NCBI GenBank assembly: GCA_947490345.1
Contig: CANLGL010000001.1
Span: forward strand, 17,399-81,398
Length of the DNA stretch: 64,000 nucleotides
Direction of reading: 5' to 3'
Source of the DNA: Deltaproteobacteria bacterium
GTDB taxonomy: Bacteria; Myxococcota_A; UBA796; SXON01
In this document: positions 1-7,561 of the stretch, in pieces
Position numbering within the stretch: the stretch's first letter is position 1
How the letters are laid out: every line of letters starts with the position of its first letter
Made by a program: the position numbers and the translations under genes
Notes under the pieces: model-generated
Told to the model about the DNA's origin: nothing
The model's database searches: none
What the model saw: only the letters and a program-made list of their open reading frames with translations

Positions 1-366
1 ATTTCGATTTCTCCCTCGGGGGGCGCGGTCGGCCAGGTCAAGCTCACTGCCACCGACCAGCTCGGACACCGTCTACCCACCACGCTCGGTGTGGAGCTGC
101 GGATTTCGCTGGCGCAGGTGGACCGCGAGGGCTTGGTTATCGAGGGCACTACCGTCGACGGGGTCGTCGGTCGCCGCCTCGACAGGGCCGGCAACGCCGA
201 GGAGTTCGACACGCGCCTCCTCCCGAGCGAAGTGTACAAGCTCCGCTACGAGAAGCTCGTGGACGACGAGTGTGTGGCCATGATCGCCCGGGTCGTCGTG
301 GTTCCCGGGGGCGGTCGGGACCCCATTCCCGTGTGGGAGCAGCGGGTAGCGCTCCTGCCCTCGTGA
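1..366 (+). CDS. C-terminal fragment of a protein that starts upstream of the window (function unknown)
   Basis: Frame 1 is open from base 1 (ISISPSGGAVGQVKLTATDQ...) to the TGA at 364-366. Codon third positions are strongly G/C. No motif recognised. Confidence 0.5.
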   Translation: MSISPSGGAVGQVKLTATDQLGHRLPTTLGVELRISLAQVDREGLVIEGTTVDGVVGRRLDRAGNAEEFDTRLLPSEVYKLRYEKLVDDECVAMIARVVVVPGGGRDPIPVWEQRVALLPS

Positions 367-375
367 GCCTCCGGA

Positions 376-525
376 CTAGCGGCGCCGCACGGGGATCGGT
401 ATCGGTACCAACTCCGGTTCGGGCTGCGGAAACAGGCGATCGGTCAGCTCGTCCAGCCACTCGCGGAGGCCCTCGCGGACCGTTCGTTTGCGGCGCGGGG
501 TCGGCGGGTTCTGTGCTTCACTCAT
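376..525 (-). CDS. Small hypothetical protein (49 aa), below the ORF-track size cut-off
   Basis: ATG at 525 is preceded by AGGAG (536-532) with 6-nt spacing, and the stop is TAG at 378-376. Translation: MSEAQNPPTPRRKRTVREGLREWLDELTDRLFPQPEPELVPIPIPVRRR. Codon third positions are mostly G/C. No homology recognised. Confidence 0.3.
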   Translation of the reverse strand: MSEAQNPPTPRRKRTVREGLREWLDELTDRLFPQPEPELVPIPIPVRRR

Positions 526-583
526 CCGGCGCTCCTGGTCGTCATCTCTACGTTAGCACCCCATCGACCAATCGGGCACCGCT

Positions 584-2203
584 TTGAAGACCGGACCGTC
601 ACTGGGGCTGTGGGTGGCGCTCTTTCTGTACGGGGTCCTCACGTTCGGCACGGTGCGCGCCGTTGGTTTTGTGGGTGAGGTGGACATCGGGTGGGCCCTG
701 GCTACGCCGCCCCGGGTGCTGGTTCAGTGGCGCCCGCCGGTCGAGAGCGAAGAGGGCGGCGAATGGGGCCCGCTCGAAGCGCGGCAGACGCGGCCGCTGG
801 AGTCGCTGGTGGTCGGTTCCACCAGAATCCCCCTCGCGATCAACGCCTACACTGGGGGTGCACCGGACTGGCCGGCCCGCCTCGCCAGGGCAGTGACGGG
901 TGCGCGCGGGGCCGGAGTGGCCGTACACGTCGTCTTTGGGGCGCTGCTCCTGGCGCTCACCCACCGATTCCTCCGCTTCCACGGAACGGCGACCGCGGCG
1001 GGCGGGGTCGCGCTCTTGCTCGCGAGTGACTGGGCGTTTGTATTCTTCAAGAAGGTGCTGGGGGGCACGGAAATCTTGCTCCAGACCGCCGGGCTGCTGG
1101 TTTTATGGTCGTTGTGGAGTCGGCGCTGGAAGGGGGGCCGACACGGGACCGTGGCGCTGGCGCTGGGGGTGGGCCTCGGCCTCGGGGCGAAGTTCACATT
1201 CGTCGCAACACTCGTTGCCTTCGGCATTGCTGCGATGCTGACGCGGTGGGATCGCCCGAACATGCGCCCGCCCGAGGGCGTGCGGCCTGGGCTGCTGGTG
1301 GCGCTGCCCTCTTTGTGCGTGGCGCCGCTGCTGGTCAGCTGGCTGCATCACCTGGCCCTCGACGGCGTTCCCGCGGTGGTCTCGCACGACACCCTGGACC
1401 TCCAACTGGAACGGCTCGCGGCCGGCGCGACGATGGGGCGCGAGTCCGCCGTGAACGTTGCGCGCTTCGTCGGCAACCCGGTCGCGTGGCTCGGCGATGC
1501 GTGGGGCACGATCGCGGTCGAGGCGGGGTCAGCGCCGCGCCTCATCACCCTCGCGCTCGCTGCTGCGGGTGCGCTGATCGAGTGGCGGAGCCGCACGCAG
1601 TCCCCCAGCGCGGCGCTCCTGCGGTTCTTGTCGCTGGCGGTCCCCCTCCAGGTGGGCTTTCTCTTCCTGCTCAATCGCGATCTCCACCACCTCGCGCAGG
1701 CGACGATCCCCTTCGCGCTTCTGGTGGCCCTCGGCGCCGACCGCGTCGCCGGAGAGGTGGCGCGCCCCCGATCCACCTGGCGCGCAATCGTCACGTTTAT
1801 TTGTTTGTCCCCGGCGATCTTCGCGGGCGTGCAACAGCTCCGCGACACCGATGGCATCGTGCGCACAGCGCGCGCGCACTCGTTCACAGCCGACGGCCAG
1901 ATGGCGCTCGCCGAGCTGCTTCGCGAACACGGTGTCGAGCGCGTCGTGGTCTCCAACTACGAGTTGTACGGCCTCTTGGAGCAGTTGGTCCCCGAGATCG
2001 AGGTCGTGCACGGCTGGGGTGCGGTCTCGCGAAAGGACAAGGATGTCGACGGCTTGCGCGCCCTCGGCAAGGGGGGGCACTACGTGACCGTCCGGCCGAC
2101 GGCGCCGTTCATCTACGACTGGCACGCAGACGGCGTGGGCCCTCGGATCGGGGCGCTGAGCGACGGAGAACGCACCTGGGCAGAGCTGTTCCGCGTCGAA
2201 TGA
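584..2203 (+). CDS. Polytopic inner-membrane protein, possibly a GT-C (ArnT/PMT-like) glycosyltransferase with a soluble C-terminal domain
   Basis: 539-aa ORF. The first ~400 aa contain many hydrophobic segments (LGLWVALFLYGVLTF, VVFGALLLALTH, LLVLWSLW, GVGLGLGAKFTFVATLVAF...), followed by a ~130-aa soluble tail. The fold assignment rests on topology only. Confidence 0.6.
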   Translation: MKTGPSLGLWVALFLYGVLTFGTVRAVGFVGEVDIGWALATPPRVLVQWRPPVESEEGGEWGPLEARQTRPLESLVVGSTRIPLAINAYTGGAPDWPARLARAVTGARGAGVAVHVVFGALLLALTHRFLRFHGTATAAGGVALLLASDWAFVFFKKVLGGTEILLQTAGLLVLWSLWSRRWKGGRHGTVALALGVGLGLGAKFTFVATLVAFGIAAMLTRWDRPNMRPPEGVRPGLLVALPSLCVAPLLVSWLHHLALDGVPAVVSHDTLDLQLERLAAGATMGRESAVNVARFVGNPVAWLGDAWGTIAVEAGSAPRLITLALAAAGALIEWRSRTQSPSAALLRFLSLAVPLQVGFLFLLNRDLHHLAQATIPFALLVALGADRVAGEVARPRSTWRAIVTFICLSPAIFAGVQQLRDTDGIVRTARAHSFTADGQMALAELLREHGVERVVVSNYELYGLLEQLVPEIEVVHGWGAVSRKDKDVDGLRALGKGGHYVTVRPTAPFIYDWHADGVGPRIGALSDGERTWAELFRVE

Positions 2204-2221
2204 GCGGCGCCGGGCTACCTT

Positions 2222-3946
2222 GTGGCCGTGCTCGCCCTCGTCGCTCTCGCTCTGGCCTATGACCCCATCCCCGAGGCGGTGGCGGTATCCGTCTCAGCCG
2301 GCGGGCTCGACCGCCTCGGCAACGCGCTTGCGGAGGTGATGCCGGAGTCCTTCGCCATCGGGTCGATCGGGTCGGAGCTGGTGTGTGATGAGGCCGATGC
2401 CAGCGCGGTTCTGAGCCTTGAGGTCGATGCGCTCGACGTGCTCATCCACGTCGACGAGCTCAGCATCGTCCCCAGCCGCGACCGTCTTGACATCGCGGTG
2501 TACGGGGCCATCGATAGCACGCCCACCATGCTGGTCGCGAGTGGTTCCTGCCCGCCGCTGACGGACTTGGAGGAGACCTGCGCGGTCCAGCTCGGTACCA
2601 CGCCGATCGAGGCCCACTTCGGCCTGTCAATGACCCTGGTGGACGGGGTGGTCGACGCTACGGTGGATGAGATCACCGTCGCGCTCGGCACGATCACCAA
2701 CCCGGTGGACGGGTGCGTCGTCGCCAGCGCCATCGGCACGCTCCTCGGCCAGAACCCTCTGGCGCTCACCAATATCTTGCAGGAGCAGATCGATCCCGCC
2801 TTGGCGGACCTCGGTCCCAGCATCGAGACGGCTGTCGAGGATGGCCTCGGGGCGCTGGTGCTCGACACTTCGTTCGCGCTCGGGGTGGCCACGGTGGGGC
2901 TGTCGATCGAGCCGACTGACCTCGACATCGACGAGGACGGCCTCACCATCGTGCTTGGCGCTTCCGTCACCTCTAGCGGCACATCGGATTGTGTCCCCGC
3001 AGGGACGCCGCCGACGGGTGGCGCGCCGCTTCCCGTGCTCGACGGAAACGGCCCGGGCGGCCTCGCCTACGACGTCGGCGCCGTCGTCAACAAGGCCTTC
3101 GTCGACCAGATCCTCTACGCGGTCTACGAGTCGGGCGGGCTGTGTATCGACGCCGGGGGCATGGCCGGGCTCACGCTCGACACCGAGCTGTTGGGCGCAG
3201 CGTTCGGAGCGGATTGGCAGGCGCTCTTCCCGGAGTCCCAGCCGGTAGACCTGCTGCTGCGCCCCACGACGCCGCCGACCATTCGCTTCGAGGAGGACGG
3301 GCCCCCGGTGCGCCTCGACCTCAACGGCCTTGGCCTCACCACCTTTTCCGAGCTCGACAAGCGCAGCGCGCGCATCTTCGCCATCGCGATGAACGGGGAG
3401 GTCGGCGTCGACATCGCCTACGCCGATGGCCTGCTCACGCCGAGCCTGCTCCTCGACCCGGCCAACCTCGGCATGCACGAAGAAGACCACGAGCTGATCG
3501 GCCCAGGGTACGCACTCGGGCTCGAGGAGTTCTTGCCCACGATCCTGTCGGCGGCCCTCCCCGCCGACCTCCTTCCCGTGATCACCTTGCCGACCTGGAA
3601 CGGCATCGGCGTCGAAGCGATCTGGGCGCTCCCGGCGCAGGGTGGGGATTGGCTGGGCCTGTGGGTCACGCTGGATACGGCCCACGTCACCCCCATCGAG
3701 CTGCCCGGGTGCGACGGTGGGGAGATCGGGTGCGACGGCGCGTCGGGCCCGGAGCTGGACCTCGAGTCGGCGCTGGGATGTACCAGCGAGGACGGTGGTT
3801 GTGGCGGCTGCGGCGACACGGCCGGCTGCGGCGACGCCGGTGGTTGTGGGGGCGGCTGCAGCACGGTGCCGGTGCGCCCGGTTATGTTGGGAGCGGCGGT
3901 GCTGGGCGCGCTTTGGCGGCGGCGCCGGCAGGACGGCGGGACATAG
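2222..3946 (+). CDS. Secreted two-lobed protein with a MYXO-CTERM-type sorting tail; the body resembles BPI/LBP/CETP (TULIP) lipid-binding proteins
   Basis: GTG start with signal-like MAVLALVALALA. The C-terminus is GCGGCGDTAGCGDAGGCGGGCSTVPVRPVMLGAAVLGALWRRRRQDGGT, i.e. a Gly/Cys tract, a TM helix and an Arg cluster. The body has two repeated amphipathic beta-rich halves. Confidence 0.8.
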   Translation: MAVLALVALALAYDPIPEAVAVSVSAGGLDRLGNALAEVMPESFAIGSIGSELVCDEADASAVLSLEVDALDVLIHVDELSIVPSRDRLDIAVYGAIDSTPTMLVASGSCPPLTDLEETCAVQLGTTPIEAHFGLSMTLVDGVVDATVDEITVALGTITNPVDGCVVASAIGTLLGQNPLALTNILQEQIDPALADLGPSIETAVEDGLGALVLDTSFALGVATVGLSIEPTDLDIDEDGLTIVLGASVTSSGTSDCVPAGTPPTGGAPLPVLDGNGPGGLAYDVGAVVNKAFVDQILYAVYESGGLCIDAGGMAGLTLDTELLGAAFGADWQALFPESQPVDLLLRPTTPPTIRFEEDGPPVRLDLNGLGLTTFSELDKRSARIFAIAMNGEVGVDIAYADGLLTPSLLLDPANLGMHEEDHELIGPGYALGLEEFLPTILSAALPADLLPVITLPTWNGIGVEAIWALPAQGGDWLGLWVTLDTAHVTPIELPGCDGGEIGCDGASGPELDLESALGCTSEDGGCGGCGDTAGCGDAGGCGGGCSTVPVRPVMLGAAVLGALWRRRRQDGGT

Positions 3947-3951
3947 GTCCC

Positions 3952-4452
3952 ATGCCCCAGGACGCGAGGGACCGCGCGGTCGCCTACGTGGAGCGACTGC
4001 ACGGTGCGGTCGACGAGCTCGTCGCGCCGATTGGTGCGAAGCTGAGCGCGCGACTGGTGTGCCGGAAGGGCTGCTCGGGCTGCTGCGCCGATGACCTCTC
4101 GATCTTCGAGGTCGAGGCGGAGCTGATCCAGCGTCGCCACCCCGAAGCACTTTTGGCTCCGCCGGCACCACCGGGGCGGTGCGCGATGCTCACGCCCGAC
4201 GGCGCCTGCCGAGTGTACTCGGCGCGCCCCTACGTCTGTCGGACGCAGGGCTACCCGCTCCGCTGGGCCGAAGATGAGGCTGAGAAGCGCGACATCTGCC
4301 CGCTGAACGACGACGGCTCCGACCTGACCGAGCTTCCCGAGGCGTTGTGCTGGACCCTGGGGCCTGTCGAGCGACGCCTGGCGTCGGCCCAGGCCCTGAT
4401 TGACGGCGGGGAGGGGCGGCGGGTCGCGATACGGGACTTGTTTGTGGGGTGA
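3952..4452 (+). CDS. YkgJ-family (CxxCxxCC) cysteine-cluster protein
   Basis: ATG at 3952 lies inside the longer track ORF 2989..4452. Motifs CRKGCSGCCADD and PDGACRVYSARPYVCRTQGYPL. Confidence 0.8.
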   Translation: MPQDARDRAVAYVERLHGAVDELVAPIGAKLSARLVCRKGCSGCCADDLSIFEVEAELIQRRHPEALLAPPAPPGRCAMLTPDGACRVYSARPYVCRTQGYPLRWAEDEAEKRDICPLNDDGSDLTELPEALCWTLGPVERRLASAQALIDGGEGRRVAIRDLFVG

Positions 4453-4526
4453 CGTTGGGCTCGGAGAGGTCCGGACGGCGGCCGCCCTGCGGTCGCCGCG
4501 CTTTCGCTGCGGGCGGAGCCCTTCGC

Positions 4527-5312
4527 TCACTCGCTGCCGCGCGCCCGCCGATACGTCTCCCGCCGATCCTTCAGCGCGGGAAAGCTGGCCCGCGCGGCGC
4601 TCACGACGGCTGGATCAATGTCCGCCACGTAGACCGCCTCCGCCTCGGCCCCCCCCGCCAGGGTCTCCCCCCATGGGCTGATGAGCGCGCTGTCGCCTGC
4701 ATAGTGGAGCCCGTCGCCGTCGCCACAGCGGTTGACGCCCACGACGTACGCTTGCGTCTCGATGGCGCGCGCGCGCAGCAGGGTCTGCCAGTGAGCCCGC
4801 CGCCGCTCCGGCCAGTTGGCGATGACGACGAAGGCGTCCGTGTCATCGGCGACCAGGCGGAAGGGCTCGACGAAGCGCAGGTCGTAGCAGATCAGGGGCG
4901 TGATCCGCACGCCGCCGACGGTCCAGGTGTGGACTTCCTCGCCAGTTGCATAGTGCGCGCCCTCGCCGGCGAAGCTGAAGCCATGCAGTTTTCCGGCGCG
5001 CCGGACCTCGCCGTCTGGAGCGACCAGGACCGCGCAATTGCGAGGCAATCCCGCGTCCAGACGCAAAGGCACGCCGGCCAGGATGTGCACACCCAAGCCG
5101 CGAGCGACGTCGGCCAGGAAGCTCTCGGTGGGGCCGCCCGGGGCCTCGGCGACGCGCGCGCTCTGCATGGTGAAGCCGGTGGCGAAGAGCTCCGGCAGCA
5201 CGACCAGCGCGGCCCCGGCGGCGGCGGCCTCCTGAATGCGCGCTTCCGCACGGCGGAAGTTGGCGGCAGGGTCCTCCCAGACGATGTCGAGCTGTACGGC
5301 GGCGACGCGCAT
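4527..5312 (-). CDS. Carbon-nitrogen hydrolase (nitrilase/omega-amidase family)
   Basis: MRVAAVQLDIVWEDPAANF..., LVVLPELFATGF and PLICYDLRFVEPFR supply the E-K-C family motifs. The ATG at 5312 shares one base with the TGA of the upstream gene (TGATG). An alternative start lies at 5333. Confidence 0.85.
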   Translation of the reverse strand: MRVAAVQLDIVWEDPAANFRRAEARIQEAAAAGAALVVLPELFATGFTMQSARVAEAPGGPTESFLADVARGLGVHILAGVPLRLDAGLPRNCAVLVAPDGEVRRAGKLHGFSFAGEGAHYATGEEVHTWTVGGVRITPLICYDLRFVEPFRLVADDTDAFVVIANWPERRRAHWQTLLRARAIETQAYVVGVNRCGDGDGLHYAGDSALISPWGETLAGGAEAEAVYVADIDPAVVSAARASFPALKDRRETYRRARGSE

Positions 5313-7561
5313 CACGGCCCCGTAATCGACCATCGGGCGGGCGGAGCGAGGGCGGCGCCGACCGCGTCGACGTACAGCCGCGTCGGACCCGAGGCAAGCC
5401 GGCCAGCCAGCGCCGGCACCACCGGCAACGTGCCGGACCAGCCGCCGGGGCTGACCCGGTGCAGCACCACCGAGCCCTCCGACGTGCTCCACTCGGAGAA
5501 GGCGCCGGTGCCGACGAGAGCATCCATGCCAGCGGGATCGGGCCGAACTCCGGCGGGGAGCCCGATGGTGACCGTGGCGGTGGCCGCGGACGGGGTCGCG
5601 ATCTGCACGCCGACGTTCGCGACCACGCCGACGCGAGCGTTCTCGGGCGGCACTACGGCCACTTCGGCCGCGCCCGCTTCCGCTGGCCCCCACGGGGCGT
5701 AGCTGCGCGCGTGCCAGGAGTAGACGAGGCCGGGGGAGGGGACGGTCGCGGTGACCTCGATGCGGGCGGCGCTCCCGGGCCAGCGGGCGCGCATCGTGAC
5801 CGGCGCGTGTCCGGTGGCCGCCAGCCGCCCGTTGCCGACGACCGCCCCGTCAACGACGAGCTGCACGTCCGAGGCCACCGCGGCATCGCCGCCAAAAACC
5901 GCGCCGAGGGCGCGGAGCACCATCAGATTGGTGAAGCCATCGCCCCACCCGCCGCCGGGGCGGCGCGCGGCCAGGAGCCCCGTCGCGAGGGCGCTGGCGA
6001 GCGCCTTGTCGTCATGCAGCGCCAACGCCGCCGCGGCCGTGGCCTCCGCGATGCCGATGGGAACGCCGTCGGCGCGGAGATTCCCGGCGGGATCCAGGTG
6101 GGCGCCGTTCTGATCGCGGACCAGCGCCGCGGACAAGGTGGCCACCAGCGACTGCCGCAGCTCGACGTCGGCGATGGCGCCCGACGCCAGCGCCCAGGCC
6201 GCGATGGTCGGGTCGTCCAAGCGGGGTCGGTTCCGCACGAAGAATCCTTCCGCCCGCAGGCGCACGCCAGCGTCGTCGCCCGCCGCGCGCGCGCACGCTG
6301 CGGTTTGAAGGATGGCGCCGTCCACCGTGGCGGCCCCGTTGGTCCACGAACCATCGGGCGCCTGGGCGGCGCGGACCTTGTCGACCATCCGGTCGTGGAG
6401 GAGCCCCTCCGGCGTGCCCGCCGCGGCGCCGCGCAGGCCTTCGGCAAGCAGGCAGGCGTCGCCGGTGCTCGGAGCCCGCCCAGCCCGCGCCAGGGGCTGC
6501 CAGGCCCGGATGCGCAGCGAGCGGACGACCTCCGGGTCAACCTCGCCCGCATCCAGCCCGGTCGCCGCTTGGGCCAGCGCGAAATCGTAGACGGAGCCCG
6601 CGAGCGGCCACCGGGGCAGGATCGTGTCGTCGAACAGCGGGACCACGCCGCCGCCGTTGAGCTCTTCGCGGACCACCGATTCGGCGCCCGACCAGACCTG
6701 CACCACCAGCTCGCCGTCCGGGCCAGGTGCTCCGGCCGGGACCGCACTCACCCCGCCGCCCACCGCCCCGCTGCCGCGGCTGTCGACCGGGCGGCCGTAG
6801 GGGCGCACCGCGAGCGTTCGCTCCACCGAGTCGATGGCCCCGAACGAGGCCACGATGGTCGCGGTGCCAGCACGGTCGGCCACAAGTTGCACCGGCCGGG
6901 CCGACGTTCCCCCCGCCGACACCGACAGCGCCCCGCTTCCGGAGCCCCCCGCCCCAGTGATCCGTACCTCCAGCCGCTCGGAGAGGGCGCCGCCGGTGGT
7001 GTTGACCACTTGAACCGGGAGCGCGAGGACGTCCCCGGTGTAGAGCGCGTTGGGCACCACCACCTCGACGTAGGCGGGCAGCGTCGACAGCACCTCGAGC
7101 GTGGCGCCCGCCTGGGCGCCGCCCGGGCTGAAGCCAAGGCCGAGCACCCGCCAGGTGGTGAGGGAGTCGGGCACGGCCACGTCCAGGGTGGCGATTCCCG
7201 TCGGCCCGATCTCCACGGCGGGGGCCCACAAGAAGCTTTCCGGGAACCAGGAGCGGGCGGGCGCGGCGACTTCGTCGTCCTTCTCGTGCTTTTTGTCGGA
7301 GTCTTCGGTCTCTCCGGTGTTTCCGTCGCGAAAGCCGCCGCCCCCCAGTTGGAGGCCGGACACTTCGGAAATCATGTCAGGCATGGCGGGCGCGGCCGCC
7401 GGTGCATCCTCGTCGCGTCTGCGCTTGGCGCGGGCGCCGCGCTCGGTCTGCCCGACGGAGTCGGACCGGGGATCTTCTTTCTCCGTGCTCGTCGGACCGC
7501 GCGCCTCGAACGCCCTGTCCGCACACGAAAGCACCAACACCAACGGCAGGAAGCGGTTCAT
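5312..7561 (-). CDS. Alpha-2-macroglobulin/C3-like protein, C-terminal chain (lipoprotein; bait-like linker, A2M domain, TED-like domain without thioester, receptor-binding-like domain)
   Basis: Start is MNRFLPLVLVLSC (lipobox) at 7561. A charged low-complexity stretch follows, then SWFPESFLWAP...DSLTTWRVLGLG. TED-like repeats are present (APDGSW, RRPGGGWGD). There is no CxEQ motif. The upstream 500 aa of track ORF 5312..9091 are an Arg/Gly-rich artefact. Confidence 0.8.
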   Translation of the reverse strand: MNRFLPLVLVLSCADRAFEARGPTSTEKEDPRSDSVGQTERGARAKRRRDEDAPAAAPAMPDMISEVSGLQLGGGGFRDGNTGETEDSDKKHEKDDEVAAPARSWFPESFLWAPAVEIGPTGIATLDVAVPDSLTTWRVLGLGFSPGGAQAGATLEVLSTLPAYVEVVVPNALYTGDVLALPVQVVNTTGGALSERLEVRITGAGGSGSGALSVSAGGTSARPVQLVADRAGTATIVASFGAIDSVERTLAVRPYGRPVDSRGSGAVGGGVSAVPAGAPGPDGELVVQVWSGAESVVREELNGGGVVPLFDDTILPRWPLAGSVYDFALAQAATGLDAGEVDPEVVRSLRIRAWQPLARAGRAPSTGDACLLAEGLRGAAAGTPEGLLHDRMVDKVRAAQAPDGSWTNGAATVDGAILQTAACARAAGDDAGVRLRAEGFFVRNRPRLDDPTIAAWALASGAIADVELRQSLVATLSAALVRDQNGAHLDPAGNLRADGVPIGIAEATAAAALALHDDKALASALATGLLAARRPGGGWGDGFTNLMVLRALGAVFGGDAAVASDVQLVVDGAVVGNGRLAATGHAPVTMRARWPGSAARIEVTATVPSPGLVYSWHARSYAPWGPAEAGAAEVAVVPPENARVGVVANVGVQIATPSAATATVTIGLPAGVRPDPAGMDALVGTGAFSEWSTSEGSVVLHRVSPGGWSGTLPVVPALAGRLASGPTRLYVDAVGAALAPPARWSITGP

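Noticed and set aside
5312-7561. A thioester (CGEQ) site in the A2M-like C-terminal chain.
   Set aside because: No CxEQ occurs in the translation. The only candidates at the expected region read PLAGSVYDF and GDACLLAE, which do not fit. The protein is therefore called thioester-less.
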